Assembly: GCF_001194135.2 (NCBI RefSeq) | Contig: NC_068993.1 | Coordinates: forward strand, 47,475-80,541 | DNA: 33,067 nt | Direction: 5' to 3' | Source of the DNA: Octopus bimaculoides | Taxonomy: Eukaryota | In this document: piece after piece, positions 11,608-22,404 of the stretch | How the letters are laid out: every line of letters begins with the position of its first letter | Numbering within the stretch: position 1 is the first letter of the stretch | Position numbers and translations under genes: made by a program | Notes under the pieces: generated by a model | The model's input: only the letters and a program-made list of their open reading frames with translations | Database searches by the model: none | Told to the model about the DNA's origin: nothing

Positions 11608-11747
11608 AGCACTGGCTCAGTGGTTAGAGTGTCTGGCTCACAATCGTGAGGTATTGAGTTCAATTCCTGGACTCCCGGCTGTGTGTTGTGTTCTTGAGGA
11701 AGACACTTATTTCTCGCTTCTCCGGTTCACTCAGCTGTAGAGATGAC
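11608..11747 (+). mobile_element. tRNA-derived SINE head with CORE/V-like segment
   Basis: GGCTCAGTGGTTAGAG (A-box), GAGTTCAATTCC (B-box), then GTGTTGTGTTCTTGAGGAAGACACTT; no complete cloverleaf. Confidence 0.75.
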
Positions 11748-12088
11748 AATAATACAGGCTATTTTTAAACTGATATCTTTTATTTTTCAAGTAAATCTTT
11801 TTGGTGTGTAACCAGGGATTGGACAAGAGCTTACAATATCGAGTAAATATTTCAAGATTTTTCAATGATTTCTCCTCTTAAAATAATTAACATTACATTT
11901 TGAATTGCTGGCATGTGCTATTTGCCGACACAAAAGGTGGTTTCCCAAGAAGCCATTTTTATTGATTCTAACGGTTTCTAAAGAAATAACCGGAACGCAT
12001 TGCTTTACTCTAACAGTCTGACATGAAAAGGTCCTGTGATCAAGTTGAGTTTAAATCCTGACATCAAGATACTTATTTGCCTTGATAG

Positions 12089-12249
12089 CAATAGCGTAGC
12101 TTGGGTGTGTGCCGCCCGGGCGTGACCTTTCTGTTTGCCGCCCCTCAGACCTCACAAAAAACACATGTTACTTACAGCAGACCCAAAAGTGGTGCCCCTT
12201 TTAGAAGTGCCGCCCGGGGCGGACCGTCCCCATCCTAGCTACGCTAGTG
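12089..12249. mobile_element. hAT-like MITE, copy 2 (opposite orientation to copy 1)
   Basis: TIRs caatagcgtagct / agctacgctagtg; 8-bp TSD cttgatag (12081-12088) / cttcatag (12250-12257). Confidence 0.88.
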
Positions 12250-12654
12250 CTTCATAGGAATTAAACGTTGTTTGAATCGAAGTCAGAGGTGAATTTCGTT
12301 CAGAAGATAAAGTAATAATGGTAAATATTCGAGCGTTTCAACAAAAAGAAATGGATACGACTGATTCTCACAGAGTTCGCTCTTTTTTCTCCCTCTTTCC
12401 CCTTTTATGTATATTTCCTACTTCTGCCCTATTCTTCGCATGTCTGTGCAAGCAATTTTGCTTAAATGTAAATATGAGGATCTTTTAGGAAGTGGAGAAT
12501 AGTGGACAAAAATTTGACAAATTTATTTATAAAGTAAATGAGTGCATATTCGTGCAACATAAGTTTAGAAAGTTACACTTTATGCAAAACTTTTCAATTA
12601 CATTTGTGTGGCAATGTTAGTATTCTATGATTAATTCCCCACTCCTTTCTGTAG

Positions 12655-12810
12655 CTTTCTCTCTCTCTCTCGCAATACATACACATTCATTCATACATAC
12701 ATACATATGTACGTATACGCAGATGTGTGTGTGTGAGTGTGTACGTGTGTTTTTGATGCGAGTGTGTGTGTATGTGTGTTTATGATGCGAGTGTATGTGT
12801 GTGTATGTAG
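12655..12810. repeat. Compound (CT)/(TACA)/(GT) microsatellite
   Basis: Directly visible. Confidence 0.9.
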
Positions 12811-12919
12811 CTGTGAAATAAGACGTTACAATTGGTTAGATATATAATTTGCATTACGTCACTTAGAAAAATATTTAAATAGAATACCTCGACTATGAAC
12901 ATATGCACCATAGACCAAT

Positions 12920-13140
12920 GAAGGTGCCGTCTTTAGGAGGCCGCTCGGCCTACTAGAAATAGCAACAAAATCTCCCTCAAACTACACACTGCAGTCTTAT
13001 AGACGTTACACTGGCTATTGTTGATGGATGGTGGAATGACTATTCGAGAACAGAGGAAATGGTCAGGGTTTAAAAGGCACCAGTTCATCACTGTTGGATC
13101 AAAGCTGACTTGGGATTAAATACCAAGAACACACTACAAC
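12920..13140 (+). mobile_element. Degraded SINE 3' portion
   Basis: GGCCGCTCGGCCTACTAGAAATAGCAACAAAATCTCCCTCAAA and tail AAGCTGACTTGGGATTAAA...CAAC; related reverse tail near 16310. Confidence 0.5.
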
Positions 13141-13710
13141 TATCATCACCATAGTCATCATCATCACCATAGTTACCATCATAAGCAGCAGCAGCAAGTT
13201 ACGCTCCACACTATACAACACGCAACAATAACCGTTAACATATAGGAGGAAAGAAGATAATAAAAGATAAAGAATACGAAGGGTTAGCACCCACCGCTTT
13301 TCTCCGTCGCTTTCATTACAACTGAATAATTGCTACATTCCAAAGAGAGAAAGAGAGAAACCGATAGAGGGAGGGGAAGACAGACAACCAGAGAGAGAGA
13401 GGGAGAACGAGAGAGAGAGAGAGGTGGATGCTGTGTTGGAATGTCAGTAACAGATGGATGTCCGGAAGTAAAGAGAAGATTCAGTCGTCAGGTGAAGAAA
13501 AAGAAGAGGTTTATTGAGAAGAGAGGGGCAGTTAGAAAAAGAAAGTGAGTTGATAAGGGGTTAGATAAGAAGAAAAAAAACAAAATCTCACTCACGAGTC
13601 AACAGATTTTAATGTTGATAGCAGAAAAACAATAAATCACAACTGTCATCACCATCATCACTATTATCATCATCATCATAGTTGTTATTGTCGACATCAT
13701 CATCAGTGAC
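13135..13710. repeat. Low-complexity zone: (CAT)n-like, (GA)n, A-rich
   Basis: CAT/CAC repeats 13135-13200 and 13640-13710; GA runs 13345-13425. Confidence 0.8.
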
Positions 13711-13949
13711 TCAAACCTTTTTTGGCCTATTGACACCTTTGATTCCTATTCTGCTCTATTGGACCTTCTATAGTCATTCGATGTATATTTTAAAAATCCT
13801 ACTGTATTTCTATAATTAAAGATTTTGAGGAATTGTATTAAAAATTGTTAAAATATTTTGTATATTGCCAAATTATAAGCAATTTATTGCACATAATTTT
13901 AACAATAAAATCTTACATGGACTTCAGCGGTCATATGAACCGCGGCTTC

Positions 13950-14090
13950 TTTTGCCGAACCGCTAGCTTACGGAGACATAAACACACCAACATTACAAAG
14001 CTTTGGTCGGCCCGAGGCTGTAGTAGAAGATACTTGCCCCAGGTGCCACGTAGTAGGACTGAACCCAGAACCATGTGGTTGAGAAGCAAA
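13950..14090 (-). mobile_element. SINE fragment(s), interrupted by the GGATC element
   Basis: GCCGAACCGCTAG...AAACACACCAACAT as at 30780-30825, then GTAGTAGAAGATACTTGCCCCAGGTGCCACG...GAACCCAGAACC (reverse CORE-like segment and B-box). Confidence 0.75.
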
Positions 14091-15193
14091 GGATCTTTCT
14101 GATTTGGCGGACACCATTTTTTATTTAGTGTGTTTTCTACCGAAACACTTTAAAACTTCGTATACTTGTATACTTTGTCTTATAGAACAGAAAAAATTTT
14201 AGGATCTTTATGGTTTGACGGCCAACACTTGTTTTGTTAACGAAACACTTTCAAACTTGGGATACTGGTAGAATGTGTCATATAAAACATCTTTTTCTCT
14301 TAGCCTTCTTAACAAAAATTTCTTCTTAAGTAATTTCATGTTAAAGTTGTCGTATTTCTGTAATTTCAACCAATCACTGGCGTCTATTCAGCTGAATACA
14401 GTTAGTGCTGTTCGGTGTCAAGTGTGTTATTCCCTGTTTAATTATATCATTATTCACTAGTAAGGGTTTAGGGTTAGGGTTATGGCAAAAATGATCATAA
14501 CCCTAACCGTAATCCTAAAACTAACCCTAATTCTAAAACCCGAACCCTAAAGCTAAAACCAGTACAAACGCACGAACGATGTCATAAATAACAGTGACAA
14601 ACGAAATATATACCGCTGATAGTTGTTGTTGACAGCGGATAGTTTTTTGTTGACAAACAACGGCACTAATTTTATTCAAGGGAAAAATCCCGTAACACTG
14701 TTGTTTACATTCCACGGCGTAATTGTTTTCACTTCAATAGACGTCAGTGATTGGTTGAAATTACTGAAATACGACAATTTTTTACATGAAATAACTTCGA
14801 ATACAAAATTTTTTATCTGTTCTATAACACAAAATATACAAGTATTCGAAGTTTGAAAGTGTTTCGGTACCAAAAACACTACATAAAAAAATGTTGGCCG
14901 TCAAACCATAAAGATCCAAATTTTATATTCGAAGTTCTTTCATGTTAAAAGTTGTATTTCGGTAATTTCAACCAATTACTGACGTCTATTGAGGTGAAAA
15001 CAATTACTGCTGTGGTTTATAAACAACACGTTGTGGCGGTGTAATGGGANNNNNNNNNNTAACTTCGAATATACAAACTTTTCTTAACAAGGCTAAGAGA
15101 AAAAGATGTTTTATATGACACATTCTACCAGTATCCCAAGTCTGAAAGTGTTTCGTTAGAAAACAAGTGGTGTCCGCCAAATCAGAAAGATCC
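14091..15193. mobile_element. GGATC-ended non-autonomous TIR element (outer host element)
   Basis: Perfect 26-bp TIRs ggatctttctgatttggcggacacca (14091-14116) / 15168-15193; flanks gaagcaaa / gaagcaag (7/8 TSD). Confidence 0.9.
14202..14917. mobile_element. GGATC-ended TIR element nested in the previous one
   Basis: TIRs ggatctttatggtttgacggccaaca / tgttggccgtcaaaccataaagatcc; perfect 8-bp TSD aaatttta (14194-14201, 14918-14925); degenerate TTAGGG/CCCTAA repeats at 14461-14560. Confidence 0.92.
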
Positions 15194-16129
15194 GAAGCAA
15201 GCATTTCGACGATGTTAGAATTAAGATACCAAGTAAAATATTTAATATTTAACCCCAGAATTTCGATATAACATGTAAAGTAACATGCAAGGTGAAACAA
15301 ACATTGGAGACGCTTTGCCTACGCAAAAACTGCAGGAGCTTTTCAGAGATATTACGGTCTCTTCTGAATACCTCTCAAATTCAAAAACCCTTCCATAACA
15401 TCAGCAGGTATTTCAAGATCACGAGCGCTTCGGTCTTTAGCCTGTACGCTTCACCTGAGTGGGCAAGTAAGGATTCACTCAGTCTTCGCGTGCAGTCTCT
15501 TGTCACCCAAGTTACCTTGAGCTGATTTCAGCTGCCATGCTTCTCTCCTTAGTAGTTTTCCCTAGTCGTCTGTGTTCTAGACCGGTCTTTCACCGACCAA
15601 GCAGTAGAAGCCGAATTCAATAGGTAATGAGACCACGTGCTATCCCTTGGTCGACCAAGTGCTGATTGTTGGTTTTATTCAGCTAGCGAGATATATCAAG
15701 GCTGTTATTCTAGCGTACTGTGAGTTCAACTACAATAATTGCTTTTGCAGTCTTGAATAGCAAGAACATGATTGGTCGGAGCAATTTTAGTACTACCCCG
15801 TCTGGGAAGACGAATCTGCCCTCACCATCTGTTTTTACTGTCTTGTTCTCACTGTCCTGTTCTTTTTAATACTTTCACCGTCCGCAAAAAGTCCCAAATT
15901 TTATTTAATTTGCTTTGCGGGAAGGACTGTTTCAACGAAGTCGCGTATTGTCCTTACCTTTGAAACGCGGAGTAGATGAAACAGGGAAAAATGACGAAGG
16001 GGTATCCTCTTTATGTTGCATGTCTCGTTTCTCTGTTTTTTTTCGTTGTTCGAAAAAAGTTTGTTTTCTATGTTTTCGTTTCTCATTGTGTTTAACGATT
16101 TTTTTTTTTTATGTCCTGTACCCATACAT

Positions 16130-16247
16130 GCATATATATATACATATATATGTAGGTATGTACATATATGTATGGATATATGCATATATATTATATATTA
16201 TTTATATTATTATATGATCGAACGCCACGCATCCTTTTCCAAGTAAG

Positions 16248-16295
<48 letters not shown>
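16130..16295. repeat. (TA)n / TACA-rich microsatellites
   Basis: Directly visible. Confidence 0.9.
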
Positions 16296-16299
<4 letters not shown>

Positions 16300-16304
16300 A
16301 ACTT

Positions 16305-16550
16305 TTATTGTTGTTATTTAGTCCTGGGTCAGCTGTAAACAAACCTCCTTGACATTGCTCTGAGTACAGCGTTGTACGAGAGAAGTCTGAACCACATGAT
16401 TGCAAAACTTATTTGATCGAAGGTTATTTTATAGTCCACCATAACCTCAAGAAATGAAGGAGCGAGCCGGCCCATTCCTGTATATAAACATAACTAAATC
16501 ATCCGGACTAATTCTTGTAGTGAATCGATTCTGTCATTCCACCACCCTTA
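16305..16550 (-). mobile_element. Degraded SINE 3' portion
   Basis: TTGTTGTTATTTAGTCCTGGGTCAGCT is the reverse of the tail seen at about 13100-13125. Confidence 0.4.
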
Positions 16551-16931
16551 CAGAAAGTATTGTTTATTAATAACATTTAAAATGTATGAAATGGGAGTAA
16601 AAGAAAAGTGAGAGAATGAAGAGAAAAGATAATAAATACTAGTTAAAAGAGCAGATCTCCTTATCAAATGTACTGTATTTTTATTTAAAACAAGAATATA
16701 GTAAGTCTCGAATAGAAAGTGACGCCAGAACAAGGTCAAATTCTTTAACCAATGGCCAACCAAACTAGCTTTATAAGAGCGAGTTAAACGACACTCTCTT
16801 GCAGTCATACGATCTGTACTTGTTTACACGACGTATCATAGCATGTGACCTATCTACAAATACGAGACCACATGCCTACTTTTTAAAGTGGTGATGGGAT
16901 AAGTTCTTAGACGCAGAGTATTATACCATAT

Positions 16932-16934
<3 letters not shown>

Positions 16935-16980
<46 letters not shown>

Positions 16981-17035
16981 CACAGACACACACGCGCACA
17001 CATACACACGTACTCATTCCCTCACTCACACATAC
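16935..17035. repeat. (CA)n microsatellite
   Basis: Pure CA run followed by degenerate CA. Confidence 0.95.
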
Positions 17036-18224
17036 ACCCATAAGCATGAAAGCCTATGGTAAAATCATAAGATTAAGCTAGCAGAAATAGCTGACAACTG
17101 AAAGATACTTCTGTGAAGCACTAATTCGGTGAGGCAGCAAATTTAAGATTGATAAGGTTGAATACCAGAAAGATGTTCTTAAGTTCTAATAAAGAAGGAC
17201 TTGTTCACGAAGAAAATATTTTAATGCAGAAAGCCATAAATGGACCTGAAAATTAAAATAAAATAACTGTTTATATGTTTCAGACAGTCTGTGTCTGTTA
17301 AGCAAATAAACATTGTGTTGCAGTGTTAATAGGTTTGAAACTGGGTATATTTTTATCAGTGCTTACAGGAGTGATTCCCAAACCTACTGTGCCACGTGAT
17401 ATAATTAGGTGTGCCGCAAAAATAAAATTATATTTTCAAAATACGAAAAATCCCAAAAGAAAATCTAAATCGTGATAACTATGTGCCATTAATGTAAACG
17501 TAAGAACTAAGTAATTTTCTGATCTAGTCGATTTGGCTGCCGGCATCATTTCTGTTCGAATTGATTTCATATTCAGTGTAATGATACACTTTTATTGGCA
17601 AATGAATGACGCGAAAATCATTTTCTCTATAAATTAGTAAATGAGTTATTAGCAATTAAAGTTTGAAACTTTTGGTAATTATAGCCAATCGTAAGTCACA
17701 GACATATTCACAAAACAAACAATTATAGAACACCTGGTGGTTACACTCCTTGTGCTCATGCATCTTTGGTCACTATTTTCGCAATCAGCTATGGAACAAG
17801 TGGTGCTTCTTTGCTTTGGTTACTATGGAAACAGAGTTCTTCGCTACGGTGATGTGTAAAATACACGCCTCTGATAGGCTAAAATACTCAAATTTTGCAA
17901 ATTTTAAAGGCTAATATCTTTTTAATTATGGATTTATAGGGAAAATGAATATTATTTTCATAATTAGCATACAAAACTTAATCCATATATCCAATTTGAA
18001 AACAATTGGAACGAAATAGGGTCCAAAATCAGCTTAGTTCTAGCAAACTTAAAGTACTAAGACTTTAATATCATGGAGCTACTCCTCTGGTTGCACCAGT
18101 GGTTGTAAATATCACTGAGTTGTACAAAGAAATAGCGTATAAATGGGTGAGTATACTAAAACGCGTGTTACCTTAACGTACACCTCAGGCAGAATCAGTC
18201 CGACACATTTTATGACAAGGCCGT

Positions 18225-18420
18225 GCTTTTGAATTACAAATACAATCTATTCGACTCGCTTCTCTATAATAGCTTCAGTCTATCCCATTCAGAAGCTTTG
18301 TGTCGACTCAAGGCTCTAGAAAATGACATTTGCTCAAGATGCCATTCAAATATTCAATGGCATTGGACCCGGGATCCCGTGGCTGCGAAACGAATTTCTT
18401 TACCGTTCTTAACATATTGC
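18225..18420 (-). mobile_element. Degraded SINE (same type as 13990-14090)
   Basis: GACTCAAGGCTCTAGAAAATGACATTTGCTCAAGATGCCA...GACCCGGGATCC parallels 14010-14075. Confidence 0.6.
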
Positions 18421-18424
18421 GCGT

Positions 18425-18479
18425 GATGTGTATTTATATATATATGTGTAAGCATGTACAAATATATACATGTGTATGT

Positions 18480-18525
<46 letters not shown>

Positions 18526-18595
18526 ACATACATAGACATACATACATACATATACATATATAAATGCATGCATACATACATACATACATACATAC
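18425..18595. repeat. Compound (TA)/(TACA) microsatellite
   Basis: Directly visible. Confidence 0.92.
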
Positions 18596-18980
18596 AGGTA
18601 ATTAATAGTGAAACTCGAGTTCGGGATTAACTAATTCATTTTTTGTTCGTTCTAGTCTTATAACAGCGTGCCTCATGAATTCTTTTTTTCGTGGTTTGGG
18701 TTTTAACTGCCCTTTCTAGCACGTAAGCAGTCCTATCAAGGGTCTCCTCTCCGTATAAAAAATATTTTATACACACACACACACACATATATATATAATA
18801 TAACGATAAAAATCACGTTAATCATTTTTGTCTGGTAGTTAGCATAGTATAAAAATTTATAGGCAGTTTATACATTAAATTAATAATATATTAAATTAAT
18901 AATGATATACATATGTATATTATTATTAAATTTTATATATATATATATATATATATTACACATACATGTGTACATAGGCG

Positions 18981-19511
18981 TAATGAATAAACGCTCCAAT
19001 CAGTCAAAACAACTTTATGTCATTCCGAAATTATCATAAATCGAATATAAATATATATTAAAACAATAGGGCACCCAATAGCAAAACCAAACAGTATAAA
19101 ATATACACATATAAAAAGTGATAAAACCTAAAAGGGTAATACGAGTTAAACAGCATCCTTTGAAACGATCGTAGAGATAGGCTTCAATGGACTGTTTTGG
19201 TTACCTTACACTTTATTTTAAATATTTATATTCTTATATTTTTATATATTTATATTATTTTAGCTCCATTGCCTTAAATTTTTAGTCGCCTTTATTATGA
19301 ATTAATTTATTCCATATATTTTTTTTCATTTGACTTTACTCGTATTCCCCTTTTAGGATTTATCACCTTTTATTGGTGTATATGTGTATGCTTTATACTA
19401 TTGGGTTTTACCATTGAGTGCCCTATTATTTCAATATATATTTATATTCGATTTTTCATAATTTGGGAATGATATAAAGTTGTTTTGACCGATTGGAGTG
19501 TTTATTCATTA
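18981..19511. mobile_element. MITE with ~170-bp imperfect TIRs
   Basis: 18981-19146 aligns to the reverse complement of 19338-19511 with scattered mismatches and one small indel; TA at both termini; AT-rich spacer. Confidence 0.88.
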
Positions 19512-19639
19512 TACATTTCGATTTATTTCTCCTTTCGCCTCAGTGTCACCTGAGCACTTCCAGCTGCACTCCTATTTTTATCTTTGTTCTTCGGTTTAAC
19601 GAATTTTAAAATTATCCTCTTATACATGTGTACATATGT

Positions 19640-19653
19640 ATACGCATATGTGC

Positions 19654-19700
<47 letters not shown>
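19640..19700. repeat. (TA)n microsatellite
   Basis: Directly visible. Confidence 0.95.
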
Positions 19701-19702
<2 letters not shown>

Positions 19703-19919
19703 CAAAACAAGCAGCAAGGATATCCAGAGGTAATGCAGTACGATCGTTTCATGCAACTCCATTTAATTGAGCAATGCAATCATTACATCAATTTAAAATG
19801 TAGAGCATTCTTCAACTGTACAAAGACAGAGAAGTTACTAAATTATCAAGAAGACTCTGCCTGTCACTGATTTTAACTATACAATTTTAACTTTATGCAA
19901 TAAGACAATATTGTTTGAA

Positions 19920-20760
19920 ATGATCTTTAGAAATTGATTTATTTATTTCTTAAACGGCTCTACCCTCCTGATCTTAGTATTTTATAAGGGTCTTTATATA
20001 AATAACCCTTCTAAATAAGTTCCACTATAAATATCAAATAGGGAGTAACAATAATAACTTCTTAAACTTATAATATAACCCTTAGTTTATAAAAAAAGAT
20101 TAGTAGAAAACATGAATGCTCCATAACTTAAATATTCCTTTAACTGATACCAAACATCAGTCTTTTATTGATATTAGCTAAATAAATTAATATATAATTT
20201 TTAGTCTAATATATTTTGAATTATTATACTTTTTCTATAAATCTTCTCTATTAGTGTTGATAAGCTACATATACTTTACCATAGTATTAGTAATTAAGCT
20301 ATTTTATTCCTTTTCTATGGTGTTCTGCCCTACTTGATTATTTTATTTTATTTCTTTATTATTTTATAATTAGATTTTATTTATTCATAAAATTAGGTTA
20401 ATCTTTCTATCTCTATAAATTCATACTAAGCTTATATAAAAAAAACTGCTTAGATTATAATTTTAATATATTATTAGAATGTTCTGCTACTTCAATACTC
20501 CTTTATTAATACCAGTATATACTAATTAATCAATATTCACAGATACCATCTGATGAGTTAGTATTTAAGTGTACAATATTTATAAATATTAAACTATTTC
20601 TGGATAATTTCTTTTCCTCCCTTTATTGGGGTAAAAGTTTGCTATATACCCAAAAGTATTCATAAATTTCTATCCTTTTGTTAAAATATTCTTAATAACC
20701 CTCAGAATAGCCCTAAACTTTAATTGTATACAATATAGCAAAATATTCTATAATTATAAC
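19920..20760 (-). mobile_element. Probable fossil RTE-like LINE reverse transcriptase, extremely AT-drifted
   Basis: Collinear decayed motifs on the minus strand: YPEIV*YL*ILYT (GIPEKIV..LY), TGINKGVL (TGVRQGCVL), NFMNK (DFADD), LITNTMVKYM (L.IN..KT.YM), EDL*KKV**FK/YIR (ELE.V..FKYLG), KLRV. Confidence 0.5.
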
Positions 20761-20959
20761 CAGGGATCAGCTAATTATAATCAGGGATCAACTAAATGAT
20801 GAAGTCGTGTGGATTCATCATTTTTCCTTCTTTTTGCCTACATAAAAAAGTGTGTTACTGTCTCGGAGATATTTATGGTAGTTGAAAAGACATTAGCGTC
20901 TATTTCTAATTCGGTACGTGGCGAAACAATTAGCTGATACCTGATTATAATTATAGAAT

Positions 20960-21004
20960 ATTTTGTGCGTGTATGTATGTATGTATGTATGTGTGTGTGT
21001 GTGG

Positions 21005-21049
<45 letters not shown>
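20960..21049. repeat. (TATG)/(TG)/(TA) microsatellite before gap 21050-21139
   Basis: Directly visible. Confidence 0.95.
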
Positions 21050-21139
21050 NNNNNNNNNNNNNNNNNNNNNNNNNNNNNNNNNNNNNNNNNNNNNNNNNNN
21101 NNNNNNNNNNNNNNNNNNNNNNNNNNNNNNNNNNNNNNN

Positions 21140-22398
21140 ATCCCATAAATAATGCTTTTTTTTTTCAGTTGCATGAACTAAAAGTCGGAGTGGGGCGGGA
21201 TAAACTACCTGCATCAACTTGCTGTAAAAGCAGGTAGTAATTTTACCATGTCCTTATTCTTGGTGCAAGTTTTGAAGAATGCAGTTCGATTTTAAGTTAT
21301 TTTTTCAAAGCTATAATGAAAGTGACAAAGGAGCATATTCGCCATATTTTGCTTTATGAGTTCAATAAAAGCAACAACGCAATGGAAAGTGCGAGGAATA
21401 TTAATACAGTATATGGAGATCGGACAATAAGCGCAAGCCAGTGTCAACGGTGGTTCCAGAGGTTCCGAGCCAAAAACTACAGCCTAGAAGACGAGCCTCT
21501 TCCTTGAAGATCTGTAGGGCTCGACGAGGACATCCTGCAAACTCTGGTTGAACAAAATCCCATCGTAACTATTGAGGGACTTGCAGAAAAGCTTGATTTG
21601 GTTATTCAACCATTCATCGATACCTGTGTGACATCGGAAAAGTCAGCAACTTGGGTCAATGGTTTCCTCACACATTTTCCGAATCTAATCATGTGCAGAG
21701 AGTGAATGTGTGCTCTTCTTTGCTGTCACGTCTCACGATTGAACATTTTTTTGGACCGAATAATGACTGGTGATGAGAAAAGGATTCTCTATAAAAATGT
21801 CTAGCGCCGAAGACAGTGAGTAGGGAAAAGAGAAACATTGGTACCCCAGGCTAAATAAAGTCTTCACTCATGCAAGGTGTTATCTGTTTGGTGGATATGA
21901 AAGGTTTAGTCCACTTTGAAATTTTAAACCCAAACCAAACGATAACAAAGGAGAACTACCGCGAGCTGTTTGAGCAGCTTAAGTCAGCGCTAGAAGAGAA
22001 ACGACCATCTTTGGTTTGAAGACGAAAGGTGTTTTTCCATCAGGATAATGCTCGGCCACATACAGCAAGGGTGACATTCCAAAGGCTGGAGCAGTTTCAA
22101 TAGGAAACGATGCCCCCACCCACCATATTCGCCGGACATTGCCCCATCTGATTATCATTTATTCTGCAGACGGAAAAAAATATGGATTCTGTTGATGAGG
22201 TCAGTATTGGAGGAGTATTTTTCGTCACGGTCAAGTGAATTTTGGAAGAGGGGCCTTGCAAGTGTACTATATAGATGGAAGATCATTGTAGAAAATGAAG
22301 GGGTATATATTTTAGATTAAAAAAGAACTTTGCTTATCTTAATTTTGAAAAATAAAAGAAGTATTAAAAAACCGTATTATTTATGGGATGACTCAATA
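21140..22398 (+). mobile_element. Near full-length mariner (DD34D) element
   Basis: Left TIR remnant atcccataaataatgc (clipped by gap) is the reverse complement of part of right TIR cgtattatttatgggatgactcaata; followed by TA; about 1.27 kb. Confidence 0.95.
21316..22320 (+). pseudogene. Mariner transposase pseudogene
   Basis: MKVTKEHIRHILLYEFNK...WFQRFR, QWFPH, IMTGDEK, VWWDMKG, FHQDNARPHT, PPYSPDIAPSDYHLF, ...IVENEGVYILD*; several stops and frameshifts. Confidence 0.95.
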
Positions 22399-22404
22399 TA
22401 TATA

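Noticed and set aside
11608-11690. Possible tRNA gene (CAC anticodon-like loop)
   Set aside because: Stems do not close into a cloverleaf and the sequence continues into a SINE body.
14461-14560. True telomere or chromosome fusion scar
   Set aside because: Short, degenerate and enclosed in a TIR element with intact TSDs.
18330-19870. ORFs rich in YIYI/CVCV/HTHT (also about 7979-8220 and 15901-16405)
   Set aside because: Stop-free translation of microsatellites.
19920-20790. Mitochondrial insertion (NUMT)
   Set aside because: AT-rich and hydrophobic in translation, but I found no recognisable mitochondrial protein, rRNA or tRNA motif; decayed RT motifs explain it better. A BLASTn to mitogenomes would settle it.
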